From Candidatus Marinacidobacterium sp. (GTDB lineage Bacteria > Acidobacteriota > Vicinamibacteria > Marinacidobacterales > Marinacidobacteraceae): a stretch of DNA of 64,000 nt. Below, piece after piece: positions 39,594 through 49,390 of this stretch. The stretch covers positions 1,088,001 through 1,152,000 of the forward strand of contig OZ242011.1 in assembly GCA_965204755.1 (NCBI GenBank), in the 5' to 3' direction. Every line of letters starts with the position of its first letter. The stretch's first letter is position 1. The position numbers and the translations under genes are program-made. Under the pieces are notes generated by a model. It ran no database searches, had not been told where the DNA came from, and saw nothing but the letters and a program-made list of their open reading frames with translations.

Positions 39594-39635
39594 ACAGGCC
39601 GCGGCGCCGAGCGGCGCGCCGTCTCCGCCCCGGGA

Positions 39636-41330
39636 TCAGTCCGGGAACGCCGCGCGGATGCCGGCGATCGCCTTTTCGCGGTCGCGGGTGAACCGGAGCG
39701 CCGCCTCCACGACCAACCAGAGGGCGAGCACCAGCACGGCGGCGCCCACGACCAGGAGCAGGTAGTTCCCGCCCTTCAGGTACTGGCTGATGTTGTAGAG
39801 CATCGCGGCGATGGTGGTGCCCAGCATGAACACCATCGGAGCGGCGGCGAACCGGTACGGCTTCTTGCGGAAGTAGAGGTAGAGCGTCACCGACAGCAGG
39901 GTGAGCCCGGCCATCACCTGGTTCGTCGTCCCGAACAGCGACCAGAGCGCGGTGCCGGCCGGGATCCAGTCGCCGTCGACCCGGATCTCCAGGAGCGCGA
40001 AGAACCCGATGACGACCACGGCGAGGAAGGACGCGACATAGCGGTTGCCGAGGACCGAGACGCCGACGCTCTCCGAGATTTCCTCCAAGTTGTAGCGGAG
40101 GATGCGCGTCGCCGAGTCGAGCGTGGTGAGCGCGAACGAAACGGCGACGAGCGCCATGAACGCCTTGCCGGTCTCCGTGGGAATGCCGATGGTGACCAGG
40201 AAGTTGGCGGCGCCCTGGATGTAGGCGTCCAATTTCGCGGCCAACCCGTCGGCGTTCTCCCAACTCGAGAAGTGGTTGTGCCAGGCGCTCCGGCTGGAGA
40301 ATCCGGCGGTGGTCGCGAGGACCGCGGAGAGCCCGAGCAGGCTCTCGCCGATCATTCCCCCGTAACCCACGAAAGTCGCGTCGGTCTCCTTGTTCAGTTG
40401 CTTCGCGGTCGTGCCGGAAGACACGAGCGCGTGGAACCCGGACACGGCGCCGCAGGCGATCACGATGAAGACGAAGGGGTAGATCGGGGGGGCGCCGGCG
40501 GGCGCGGGGTTGTACGCGGGCGCGGCGAACTCCGGGTTCTGGATGACGAAGGAGACGAAGATGCCGATCAGCGCCAGGTAGAGCAGGATGGAGTTCAGGA
40601 AGTCCCGGGGCTGGAGCAGCAGCCAAACCGGGAGCACGGAAGCGCAGAAGGCGTAGCCGAGCAGCAGGTAACTCCAACTCTCGGTCCCGAGCGCCGGCGC
40701 CGGCAGCACCGCGCCCAACCAGATGCTGAAGAACAGGAGCGCCGCCCCGATGGGCACCAGGACTTTCAGGCTCACGCCCCGCTTGTAGGACAGCCAGCCG
40801 ATGGCGACCGCCAGCACCATGACCGCGCTGCTCGGCGTGACCGCCTCCGGATAGAAAGTCGTCGAGAAGAGTTGCGCGACGACCTGGACGAACACGCCCA
40901 TCGCCAGCCCGATCAGGAACACGATCAGGGCGTGGAACAGGAACTTGGCCCGCTTCCCCAGGATGTCTTCGGCGATCAGGCCGATGGATCGGCCGCGCGC
41001 CCTCAGGCTCACGCAGAGCGCCGAGAAGTCATGCACCGCGCCTACCAGCAGCGTCCCGATCACCACCCAGATCATCGCCGGGACCCAACCCCAGATCACG
41101 GCGATCGCCGGCCCCAGCATCGGCGCCAAGCCGGCGATGGAGGCGTAGTGGTGCCCGAAGAGCACCGGCTTGGAGGTCGCCACATAGTCGCGCCCGTCGG
41201 CGAACTCGTGCGCCGGCGTCGGCCGGGAATCGTCGAGTTGGAAAGCGCGCCGGGCGATGCGCCGTCCGTAGAAGCGGTAGCCGACCACATACAGGCCGAA
41301 GCACACGAGCGTGGCGGCGAGCGGACTCAC
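39636..41330 (-). CDS. cstA: Carbon starvation protein A (peptide/pyruvate transporter)
   Basis: TPAH..DGRDYV, LFGHHYASIAG, GAVHDF, PVWLLLQPRD, IACGAVSGFHALVSSGTT, GYGGM..ES, TTLDSATR, LWSLFGTTNQ. Confidence 0.95.
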   Translation of the reverse strand: MSPLAATLVCFGLYVVGYRFYGRRIARRAFQLDDSRPTPAHEFADGRDYVATSKPVLFGHHYASIAGLAPMLGPAIAVIWGWVPAMIWVVIGTLLVGAVHDFSALCVSLRARGRSIGLIAEDILGKRAKFLFHALIVFLIGLAMGVFVQVVAQLFSTTFYPEAVTPSSAVMVLAVAIGWLSYKRGVSLKVLVPIGAALLFFSIWLGAVLPAPALGTESWSYLLLGYAFCASVLPVWLLLQPRDFLNSILLYLALIGIFVSFVIQNPEFAAPAYNPAPAGAPPIYPFVFIVIACGAVSGFHALVSSGTTAKQLNKETDATFVGYGGMIGESLLGLSAVLATTAGFSSRSAWHNHFSSWENADGLAAKLDAYIQGAANFLVTIGIPTETGKAFMALVAVSFALTTLDSATRILRYNLEEISESVGVSVLGNRYVASFLAVVVIGFFALLEIRVDGDWIPAGTALWSLFGTTNQVMAGLTLLSVTLYLYFRKKPYRFAAAPMVFMLGTTIAAMLYNISQYLKGGNYLLLVVGAAVLVLALWLVVEAALRFTRDREKAIAGIRAAFPD

Positions 41331-41602
41331 TTGGGCGGTCTTCCCCGGTCTCGGGCCCGAAAGCGGAGCCGCCCTCGTCGGGCCCGGGAAGAGCGCGGCC
41401 GGAAGAGCGAAGATACCAAACCCGCGCGGCCGGGCTCGGCGCGAGCCGTTCGCGGCGCCGGCCCGGGGAAGGAGCGCCCCGTCCCGAAACCCGACGGGGA
41501 CTTCGTCCCCCGGTGGTCGAGGAGCGCGGGGCGGGGCGCTCCTTTTCCGCGGGCCGCCGAGGTGGGTTAGGATCGTTGCCCCGGTTTCAGGAGGGGGTTC
41601 CG

Positions 41603-42277
41603 ATGGCTTCCGAGATGGTGTCTTTCCCCGCGAACGGCGGCTCCGCCCGCGGCTACCTGGCGCGCGCCGATCGGCCCGGGCCGGGAGTGCTGGTCATCCA
41701 GGAGTGGTGGGGTCTGGTCGGCCACATCACCGAGGTGGCCGACCGGTTCGCGGAGGCCGGGTTCACCGCTCTCGCGCCCGACCTCTTCCACGGGGAGCGG
41801 ACTGCTTCGCCGGGCGAGGCGGAGAAACTGTTCATGGCCCTCGAAGTGGACCGCGCCGAGCAGGACCTGCGCGGGGCCGCCTCCTACCTGGCGTCGGTGA
41901 CCGAGGCGGCATCGGTGGGCGTGGTCGGCTTCTGCATGGGCGGCCAACTCGCCCTCTACGCCGCGAGCAAGTCCGCCCGCATCGGCGCCTGCGTGGACTT
42001 CTACGGCATCCATCCCCGGGTCCAGCCGGACTACGAGGCGATCCGCTGTCCGGTGCTCGGACTCTTCGCCGAGAACGACGCCATGGTGAACGCCGAAGTG
42101 GTGGCGAAACTCGGGGAGGACCTGGACGCCGCCGGGGTCGAGGCCGAGTTCCACACCTATCCGGGAACCGACCACGCGTTCTTCAACGACGGGCGCCCCG
42201 AGGCGTACGACGAGTCGGCGGCGCGGGACGCCTGGAACCGGGTGCTGGAGTTCCTCCGGGCGAACCTCGAAGACTGA
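41603..42277 (+). CDS. Dienelactone hydrolase family protein
   Basis: VIQEWWGL, APDLFHG, GFCMGG nucleophile elbow, YPGTDHAFFN. Confidence 0.93.
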   Translation: MASEMVSFPANGGSARGYLARADRPGPGVLVIQEWWGLVGHITEVADRFAEAGFTALAPDLFHGERTASPGEAEKLFMALEVDRAEQDLRGAASYLASVTEAASVGVVGFCMGGQLALYAASKSARIGACVDFYGIHPRVQPDYEAIRCPVLGLFAENDAMVNAEVVAKLGEDLDAAGVEAEFHTYPGTDHAFFNDGRPEAYDESAARDAWNRVLEFLRANLED

Positions 42278-42292
42278 GGCCCGGGCGGGCAG

Positions 42293-43003
42293 TCAGTCCT
42301 TCCCGGCGCGCGCGGCGCCGGCCATCCGCCGGGCGAGGGCCATGAGCAGCCGGGTCTCCCGGTGGGTGAGGCCGGCGCGGCCGAACAGGTCGCGCCACGC
42401 CGCGAAGCGGACTTCCGGTTTCTCGGGCGGCAGGAGTCCGATGTCGGTCATCGCGTCCCGCAGCAGGGAGAGCGCCCGTTCGGCTTCCTCGGCGCGGGCC
42501 CGCGGCGGAGGGGCCGCGCCGGAGGCCGGGGAGGCGCGGGCCAGGTGGATCTCGTAGGCGGCGACCATCGCCGCCTGCGCCAGGTTCAGCGAAGGCTGGC
42601 GGGGCGAGGAAGGGATCCGCACCTGCCGCTGGCAGAGCGAGCGCTCCCGGAGCGTCAGCCCGGTGGCCTCGCTCCCGAAGACCACGGCCGCCGGGCCCTC
42701 GATCCGCGAGGTTTCGGCGGCGAGTCCGCGGGGGCTGAGGTGGGCGATGCGGTCGCGGCCCCGGCCGCTCAGCCCGGCGACGAACCGGCAGTCGCCCACC
42801 GCCTCGGCGAGGTCGTCGAAGACCCGGGCGTTTTCCAGCACTTCCTCCGCTTGCCACGCCATCCGGAACGCGCCGACCGTCCGCCAGTCGCCGGGAGCGA
42901 CCAGCCGGAGTTCGTCGAGGTCGGCGTTCGCCAGCACCCGCGCCACCGCGCCGATGTTCTCCGGGCGGGCGGGCCGGACGAGGACGAAGTGCACCGGCCC
43001 CAT
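42293..43003 (-). CDS. trmJ: SPOUT tRNA methyltransferase, TrmJ/LasT family
   Basis: VLVRP..PENIGAVARV, VVFGSEATGL, IPSSPRQPSLNLAQA..YE. Confidence 0.85.
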   Translation of the reverse strand: MGPVHFVLVRPARPENIGAVARVLANADLDELRLVAPGDWRTVGAFRMAWQAEEVLENARVFDDLAEAVGDCRFVAGLSGRGRDRIAHLSPRGLAAETSRIEGPAAVVFGSEATGLTLRERSLCQRQVRIPSSPRQPSLNLAQAAMVAAYEIHLARASPASGAAPPPRARAEEAERALSLLRDAMTDIGLLPPEKPEVRFAAWRDLFGRAGLTHRETRLLMALARRMAGAARAGKD

Positions 43004-43058
43004 GGGAAAGGTTCGTATCGTAGGCTCGGATCGGCTCCCGCCCGTTCCGCCCGGCGCC

Positions 43059-43355
43059 ATGACCGACGACCGACCCTTCCTCGACGCCGCCCCGGAGGGA
43101 TGCGCCGGCGCCTTCACCCTGCCCTCGCGGAAGTGGCGGGAACTCCTGTTCGTCGGGGCGATGCGGGCGGACGCTGACGGGCTCTATCGGCGCGACCCGA
43201 CCCGGCCGCTGCCGCCGATGCGCGACCCCGCCCTGTTCGCGGCCGGCCGCCGTTTTCGGGTCGAACTCCTCGGTGAGCCGGGAGGCCGGCCGCCGGACCG
43301 GCTCAACCCGCGCCGCCGCGACCGCTCCCGGGTTCGGCTGACGCCCGTGGAGTAA
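43059..43355 (+). CDS. Small hypothetical protein
   Basis: MTDDRPFLD..FTLPSRKWRELLFVGA..RRDPTRPLPP; codon usage typical of the genome; fills the gap between trmJ and hisS. Confidence 0.5.
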   Translation: MTDDRPFLDAAPEGCAGAFTLPSRKWRELLFVGAMRADADGLYRRDPTRPLPPMRDPALFAAGRRFRVELLGEPGGRPPDRLNPRRRDRSRVRLTPVE

Positions 43356-43376
43356 GGCGGCCGGCTGACGCTTCGG

Positions 43377-44810
43377 CTACGCCGGCGGTAACGGCTCTTC
43401 CCGTTCCTCCCCGGCGGCCGCGAGTCGGGCGGGAACCTCGGCCAGCGGCAGCGCCGCCTGTTCGCCGGAACGGAGGTCCCGCACCGTCAGCCGGCCGGCC
43501 GCGGCCTCGTCCGGCCCCAGGATGAGGGCGAAACGCGCCCCGTCCCGGGCGGCGCGGGCGAGTTGCTTGCCGACCTTTCCGGAGTCCGGCGAGACCGCGA
43601 CCCGCGCGCCGGCGCGGCGGAGACGCGCCGCCGCCCCGAGCGCCTCTTCCGGAGGCAGCCCCGGAAGCGGGCAGAGCACGGCAGGCGCGCCCGTCTCCTC
43701 CGGGCCGGCGGCGGCGCCTTCCTCGAGCAGGAGGAGGATGCGCTCCATCCCCAGCGAGAAACCCACCGCCGGGACTTCGCGGCCGCTGAACATCCCCACC
43801 AGGCCGTCGTACCGCCCGCCCCCGGCGATGGCCCCGCTTCCGCCCCCGCCGCCGGTCGGCGCCGCAGCCTCGGCCTCGAAGATGGGCCCGGTGTAGTAGG
43901 AAAGACCCCGGGCGAGCGACGGGGAAAAGCGCAGGACGCCCCCCTCCGGACCGGCGCCGAGACCGCCCTCCACCAGGTCGAAGAGCCGCAGCAGGTCGTC
44001 GGCGGCGGATCGAGCCGACTCGCCGGCCGCCCCCTCCAGGGCTCGCCCCAGGGCGCGGAGCCGCTCGCGGGCGTCCGTACCGCCCTCGTCGCCCGGCAGC
44101 AGTTCCAGGAGGCGCCGGGCGCGTTCGGGCCCCACCGGCGCGAGCCGGGCCAACTCCGCCTCGACGGCTTCGCGGCCGATCTTGCCCAACTTGTCGAGGG
44201 CGACCAGCGTTTCGGTCTCGCCCGCCGGCTCCACCCCGGCGGCGGCGATCAGGCCGCGGAGCAATTCCCGGTGGTTCACCCGCACCGCCGCGCCGCGGAA
44301 CCCGAGGTCCGCCAGGGCCTCGAAGAGCGCGAGCAGCGCTTCCGCGTCCGCGACGAGGGAGCGGCTGCCCACGATGTCCGCGTCGCACTGGGTGAACTCG
44401 CGGAACCGTCCGCGCTGCGCCCGGTCCGCCCGCCAGACCGGCTGGATCTGGTACCGCCGGAACACGGAGGGGAGTTCGCTGCGGTGCTCGGCCACCACCC
44501 GGGCGAGCGGGACGGTGAGGTCGTAACGGAGACCGAGTTCCGCGAGATCGCCCGGCTCGACCGGGGAGCGCGAGAGGGCGCGCTCGAGCCGTCCGCCCCG
44601 GTGGAGCACCCGGTAGATGAGCCGGTCGCCCTCCTCGCCGTACTTCCCGAGGAGCGTGGAGAGCCGCTCCATCGCCGGGGTCTCGAGCGGCGAGAACCCG
44701 TGCCGGAGGAAGGCCGCCTCCACCCGCCGGACCGCCGCCCGCCGCCGGAGCGCCGCCGCCGGCAGGTGGTCCCGCATCCCGCTGACCGGACTCGTGGAAA
44801 CGGCGGGCAC
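43377..44810 (-). CDS. hisS: Histidine--tRNA ligase
   Basis: GMRDHLP, ETPAME, GKYGEEGDRLIY, LRYDLTVPLAR, RYQIQPVWRADR..GRFREFTQCDAD, LARGLSYYTG, GGGRYDGL, PAVGFSLGMERI; GTG 44810 (start approximate). Confidence 0.96.
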   Translation of the reverse strand: MPAVSTSPVSGMRDHLPAAALRRRAAVRRVEAAFLRHGFSPLETPAMERLSTLLGKYGEEGDRLIYRVLHRGGRLERALSRSPVEPGDLAELGLRYDLTVPLARVVAEHRSELPSVFRRYQIQPVWRADRAQRGRFREFTQCDADIVGSRSLVADAEALLALFEALADLGFRGAAVRVNHRELLRGLIAAAGVEPAGETETLVALDKLGKIGREAVEAELARLAPVGPERARRLLELLPGDEGGTDARERLRALGRALEGAAGESARSAADDLLRLFDLVEGGLGAGPEGGVLRFSPSLARGLSYYTGPIFEAEAAAPTGGGGGSGAIAGGGRYDGLVGMFSGREVPAVGFSLGMERILLLLEEGAAAGPEETGAPAVLCPLPGLPPEEALGAAARLRRAGARVAVSPDSGKVGKQLARAARDGARFALILGPDEAAAGRLTVRDLRSGEQAALPLAEVPARLAAAGEEREEPLPPA

Positions 44811-44933
44811 GGCGGCGCGGAGTCTATGGGCGGCCCGGCGTTCCCGGAGGGCGCGGCGGTCGGGCCCGGGGCCGACCCCGGCGGGCGTGCGAGAATCTTT
44901 CGAGCGTCGGCCCCCGCCGACCGGAGGTTCCCC

Positions 44934-45287
44934 ATGCGCACCCCTTCGACCCTCGTCCTCGCCGCCGGCTTCGTCCTCGGCGTCTCCCTTTCCGCGGGCC
45001 GCCTCGCCGGCGCGTCCGAGGAGCGCACCTGGGCCGCCCACATCACGGACAGCATGTGCGAAAAGGAGCACATGATGGACGGGATGAGCGACCCCGAATG
45101 CGCGGTCGCCTGCCGGGAGATGGGGGCGGACTACGCCCTGTTCGTCCCGGAGGAAGACCTCGTCTACGGCATCGCGAACCAGGAGGCGGTGGAGGAGTTC
45201 GCCGGAACCGATGTCACGGTGACCGGCGTTCTCGGCGAGGACGGCGCCACCGTCACGGTGCTGGAGATCACCGCCCGACCGGAGTAG
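44934..45287 (+). CDS. Small secreted Cys/Met-rich OB-like protein (DUF5818-like)
   Basis: Signal peptide, ITDSMCEKEHMM..ECAVAC..GADYAL..VTVTGVL; GGAGG RBS. Confidence 0.65.
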   Translation: MRTPSTLVLAAGFVLGVSLSAGRLAGASEERTWAAHITDSMCEKEHMMDGMSDPECAVACREMGADYALFVPEEDLVYGIANQEAVEEFAGTDVTVTGVLGEDGATVTVLEITARPE

Positions 45288-45320
45288 CGAACCCGCGGGC
45301 TTCGGGGCGGCCGGCCCCGT

Positions 45321-45906
45321 TGCTACACTCCCGCCCGGGGTGGCGGCTGTCCGCGGCGCCGGCGTAATCGCCGGGCCGCGGGCGGGCCGAATCGGTTCGG
45401 ACTCGAATCCACCGGGGCGGAGGTGTTCCGGCTCCGCGCCCCGTCCGGCTCGCGCCGGACCGCGGGGAAGCCGGAAGGACGGACGAAGGAGCGGCGACGC
45501 CGCTCCGGGCCCGGCCGGCAAGTCGGGCCGGGAGCAGGGGCCGCGGGAGACCGGGGGTCGGCGGCCTCGGCGCGGCCCTCCGGCGCCGCCCGGCCGTTTC
45601 GCGGTCGACGACCTTCCGGCGGGATCGCTGACCGGGAACCCGGCGCGATCGCCGGTCGTTTCCCGGACGATCCTTCGTTTCCGACGGCCGGCGGCGCGGA
45701 CGCCCGCGCCGCCGATCGACGCCGGGTTCCGGAGGCGGCCGAGCCGCCTGCCCGGCGCTCCCCTCCGCGGGGTGCGCCCGACCGGATGTTCCTTCGGGAG
45801 CGACCGGCGGGAGCGCCCCCCGGCCCACCGACTCCCCGGCCCGGCGCCCCGAACGGCCCGTTCTTTCCCGGCTGTCCGCCCGGACGCCCGGTTCCACGGA
45901 GGTTCC
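45321..45906 (+). promoter_or_regulatory. Extended -10 promoter (TGcTACACT) and ~575-nt structured leader of rho
   Basis: TGCTACACT at 45321-45329, followed by consecutive hairpins and no credible ORF before ATG 45907. Confidence 0.5.
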
Positions 45907-47196
45907 ATGCAAGACAACCGAGAAGAAGTCCCTTCCCGCCACGACCGCCCCTCCGGGCCCGGCCCCGCCCGGAGACCCCCGAAGCGGTTCGGACGCGACA
46001 ACCGCCCGCCCCGGCCGTCGGCGCCCCGGTCCGAGCCGCCTCCGGCCGCCCTCCCGCCGCCCGGCGAGGACCACGAGATCACCGGCCTGCTGGATGTCGG
46101 TCCGCGGGACACCGGGCACCTGCGGCTGCTCGAGAACAACTACCTGCCCCGCGCCGGCGATGTCCGCGTTCCCCTCGGGCTGATCGACCGCTACCGGCTG
46201 CGGGAAGGACACCAGGTCCAGGGCCGCCACTCCGTGCCCCGGCGGCGGCGGCGGCCCGGGCCGCCGCGCTCCGAACTCCACACCGTGGTCGAAGTCAACG
46301 GCTACCCGGTGGACGAGATGCCGCCGCGCCGCAACTACTCCGACCTGGTGAGCGAACACCCGGCCCCGCGGATCGAACTGGCGCTGGGAGACGACCCTTC
46401 GGTCTCGCTCCGGGTGGTGGACCTCATCGCGCCGGTGGGGCGCGGGCAGCGCGGGCTCATCGTGGCCGCCCCGAAGACCGGGAAGACCATCCTGCTGGAG
46501 CAGATCGGCGCCTCCATCTCCAAGCACTATCCGGGGATCCACCTGATCATCCTGCTCATCGACGAGCGCCCCGAGGAAGTGACCCACCTGCGGCGGGCGG
46601 TTCCGGACGCCCAGGTGGTGGCGTCCACGGCGGACAGCAGCAGCGACGACCATGTGCGCGTCGCCCGGATCGTGCTCGAACAGGCGCGCCGGCTGGTGGA
46701 GATGAAGGAGGATGTGGTCGTGTTGCTCGACTCGATCACCCGGCTGGGGCGCGCGGCGAACCGGGAGATGCGCGGCAAGGGCCGGACGATGAGCGGCGGC
46801 ATCGATTCGCGCGCCCTGGAATTCCCCCGGCAGTTCTTCGGGGCGGCGCGCAAGATCGAGGACGGCGGCAGCCTGACCATCCTCGGCACCTCGCTCGTGG
46901 ACACCGGCTCCCAGATGGACGAAGTCATCTTCCAGGAGTTCAAGGGCACCGGGAACATGGAACTCGTGCTCGACCGGCGGCTGGCGGAGTCGCGCATCTT
47001 CCCGGCGATCGACATCCACCAGTCCGGCACGCGCCGCGAGGAGTTGCTCCTCCCGCCGGAGGAACTCCAGAAGACCCACCTCCTGCGCCGGGCGCTGGTC
47101 GGGCTGAAGCCGCTCGAAGCCATGTCCCTGCTGCTCGGGCGGATGGAGCGGACGACGACCAACTCGGAGATGCTCGCCTCGATCCGGGCCTCGTGA
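45907..47196 (+). CDS. rho: Transcription termination factor Rho (short-N-terminus type)
   Basis: DLIAPVGRGQRGLIVAAPKTGKT, LLIDERPEEVT, LLDSITRLGRA, GAARKIEDGGSLTI, DTGSQMDEVIFQEFKGTGNMEL, SGTRREELL. Confidence 0.96.
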   Translation: MQDNREEVPSRHDRPSGPGPARRPPKRFGRDNRPPRPSAPRSEPPPAALPPPGEDHEITGLLDVGPRDTGHLRLLENNYLPRAGDVRVPLGLIDRYRLREGHQVQGRHSVPRRRRRPGPPRSELHTVVEVNGYPVDEMPPRRNYSDLVSEHPAPRIELALGDDPSVSLRVVDLIAPVGRGQRGLIVAAPKTGKTILLEQIGASISKHYPGIHLIILLIDERPEEVTHLRRAVPDAQVVASTADSSSDDHVRVARIVLEQARRLVEMKEDVVVLLDSITRLGRAANREMRGKGRTMSGGIDSRALEFPRQFFGAARKIEDGGSLTILGTSLVDTGSQMDEVIFQEFKGTGNMELVLDRRLAESRIFPAIDIHQSGTRREELLLPPEELQKTHLLRRALVGLKPLEAMSLLLGRMERTTTNSEMLASIRAS

Positions 47197-47267
47197 TCCC
47201 GGCGGTCCCGCGCGTCCGCCGAAGCCGCGCCCGAACGGTTTCCACCGCGGGGCCGACGGCGGGCGGG

Positions 47268-47276
47268 TGCTAGAAT
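47268..47276 (+). promoter_or_regulatory. Extended -10 promoter (TGcTAGAAT) of the rplU-rpmA operon
   Basis: TGCTAGAAT 27 nt upstream of the rplU ATG. Confidence 0.65.
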
Positions 47277-47303
47277 CGCGGGTTCTCCGCCACGGCAAAC
47301 CCC

Positions 47304-47810
47304 ATGTACGCGATCTTCGAAAGCGGTGGAAAACAACACCGCGCCGAGCCCGGGCAGCGCCTCGCGCTCGAGAAACTCGCCGCCCCGGTGGGCGGGAAAG
47401 TCGTCTTCGACCGCGTGCTGCTCGTGCGCGATCCCGACTCCGGCGACTGCCGGATCGGCGCCCCCTATGTGGAGGGCGCCGAAGTGACCGCCTCGGTGGT
47501 CGCGCAGTACCGCGATCCGAAGGTCGTCGTGTTCAAGCGCAAGCGGCGGAAGGGGTACCGACGGAAGCGGGGGCACCGGCAGCACCGCACCCAGGTCCAG
47601 GTGGACGAGATCCGTTCGAGTTCGGAGAGCCTCGCCGGCGCCGCCCCGACCGTGACCGAGGCGCCGCCGACCGGGGAACCTTCGGCCGAAGAAGCCAACG
47701 CGGCCGGCGCCGAAGCGGGCGCCTCGAGCGGATCGGAGTCCCCTGCGGAATCCCCCGCGGAATCCCCTACGGAGTCCGCCGAAGTGAAGACCGGAACCGG
47801 CGACGACTGA
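47304..47810 (+). CDS. rplU: 50S ribosomal protein L21 with acidic C-terminal extension
   Basis: [41 protein letters not shown]; tail [14 protein letters not shown]. Confidence 0.96.
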   Translation: MYAIFESGGKQHRAEPGQRLALEKLAAPVGGKVVFDRVLLVRDPDSGDCRIGAPYVEGAEVTASVVAQYRDPKVVVFKRKRRKGYRRKRGHRQHRTQVQVDEIRSSSESLAGAAPTVTEAPPTGEPSAEEANAAGAEAGASSGSESPAESPAESPTESAEVKTGTGDD

Positions 47811-47834
47811 TCGCGCGAACCGAAGGAGAATCCC

Positions 47835-48140
47835 GTGGCGCACAAGAAGGGACAGGGAAGTTCGCGGAACGGGCGTGACAGCCATTCCAAGCGGCTCGGC
47901 GTGAAGCGGTTCGCCGGCGAGCGGGTGCTCGGCGGCGCGATCCTGGTCCGCCAGCGCGGCACCCGGTTCAAGCCGGGCCCCGGAGTCGGACGCGGCCGCG
48001 ACGACACCCTCTACGCCCGGGTCTCCGGGGTCGTGGTCTTCCGCAACCGGGGACGGATGGGCCGGTTCATCTCCATCACCCCGGAACCGTCCCCGACCCC
48101 GCCGGCGCCGACCGGACCGGAACGGGCCGCCGAGTCCTGA
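47835..48140 (+). CDS. rpmA: 50S ribosomal protein L27
   Basis: [38 protein letters not shown]. Confidence 0.98.
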   Translation: MAHKKGQGSSRNGRDSHSKRLGVKRFAGERVLGGAILVRQRGTRFKPGPGVGRGRDDTLYARVSGVVVFRNRGRMGRFISITPEPSPTPPAPTGPERAAES

Positions 48141-48262
48141 CGGCCACGGCCGCGACCTCCTCGCCGGCCCTCCCGCCGGCCATCCCACCGGCCCTCCCGC
48201 GAGCCGTCGCGCCGCGCTTCCCGTCGGCGGGCCGGCCAGTACCTCCGCCGGCGGTTCCGCCG

Positions 48263-49390
48263 GTGGTTCCGCTGACCCTCGCGCCCCGGACCGCCCCCGC
48301 GCGGGAGCGCGGCCTCCCGACCGCCCGCGCCGCCTCGTCCGGCGGCCGGCCCCGGCTGGTGGACGAGGCGACGCTGGTCGTAGAAGGCGGGCGGGGCGGC
48401 AACGGCGCGGTGAGTTTCCGCCGGGAGAAGTTCGTCCCGAAAGGCGGCCCCGACGGCGGGAACGGCGGGCCGGGAGGGGAAGTCGCGCTCGTGGCCGACC
48501 CCGGGCGCCACACGCTGGCCCCCTACCGCTTCCGACCCTCGTACCGCGCCGGCGCCGGCGGCCACGGCGCCGGCGGCAACCGGCAGGGCAAGTCCGGCGA
48601 CGACCTGCGCCTCCGGGTCCCGGCCGGAACCGCCGCTTACGACCGCGAGAGCGGCGTCCTCCTCGGCGATCTCACCGGCGCCGGCGACCGGATCACGGTG
48701 GCCCCCGGCGGGAGGGGCGGCCGGGGGAACGCGGTGTTCCGGACGCCGACCAACCAGGCGCCCCGCCGGTCGGAGCCGGGCGAGCCGGGGGTCCGGCGCG
48801 AGGTGCGGCTGGAACTTCGCCTGCTCGCCGATGTGGGCCTCCTCGGGTTCCCCAACGCCGGGAAGTCCTCCTTCATCGCCCGGGTGAGCGGGGCGCGCCC
48901 CCGGATCGCCGACTACCCGTTCACCACCCTGACCCCGAACCTGGGGATGGTCCGGCTCGACGACGACACGGAATTCGTCCTCGCGGACCTGCCCGGCGTG
49001 CTCCCCGGCGCGAGCGAGGGCGCGGGGATGGGGAACCGCTTCCTGAAGCACCTCTCGCGGACCGCGCTGCTGGTCTATTTCGTGGATGTCTCCGAGTCCT
49101 CCGCCCGGAGCCCGGCGGACGACCTCGCGGCCCTCCGGGAAGAAGTCCTCCGGTTCGGCGCCGGCCTTCCCGGGAAGCCGGCCCTGGTCGCGGCGAACAA
49201 GACGGACATCCTGGACGACGGGACGCGGCTCGACCGGGTGCGCCGGGCCGCCGCCGCGCTCGACCTGCCGGTCTTCCCGGTCTCGGCGGCGACCGGCGCG
49301 GGCTGCCGGGAACTGACCGCCGTCCTCGGCGCCCGGGTGGCGGAGGGGCTCGGTCGGGCCGATCCGTCCCCGTCGCCCGACCGGCGATGA
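48263..49390 (+). CDS. obgE: GTPase ObgE/CgtA (true start probably near 48356-48359)
   Basis: VDE..GGRGGNGAVSFRREKFVPKGGPDGGNGG, ADVGLLGFPNAGKSS, IADYPFTTLTPNLG, ADLPG, NKTD. Confidence 0.96.
   Translation: MVPLTLAPRTAPARERGLPTARAASSGGRPRLVDEATLVVEGGRGGNGAVSFRREKFVPKGGPDGGNGGPGGEVALVADPGRHTLAPYRFRPSYRAGAGGHGAGGNRQGKSGDDLRLRVPAGTAAYDRESGVLLGDLTGAGDRITVAPGGRGGRGNAVFRTPTNQAPRRSEPGEPGVRREVRLELRLLADVGLLGFPNAGKSSFIARVSGARPRIADYPFTTLTPNLGMVRLDDDTEFVLADLPGVLPGASEGAGMGNRFLKHLSRTALLVYFVDVSESSARSPADDLAALREEVLRFGAGLPGKPALVAANKTDILDDGTRLDRVRRAAAALDLPVFPVSAATGAGCRELTAVLGARVAEGLGRADPSPSPDRR

Noticed and set aside
45330-45906. tmRNA, RNase P, SRP or tRNA in the rho upstream region
   Set aside because: Hallmark sequences (RNase P GAGGAAAGUCC, tRNA-like T-arm with CCA end, SRP GGAA/AGCAG loop) were not found; reported only as an unassigned structured leader.
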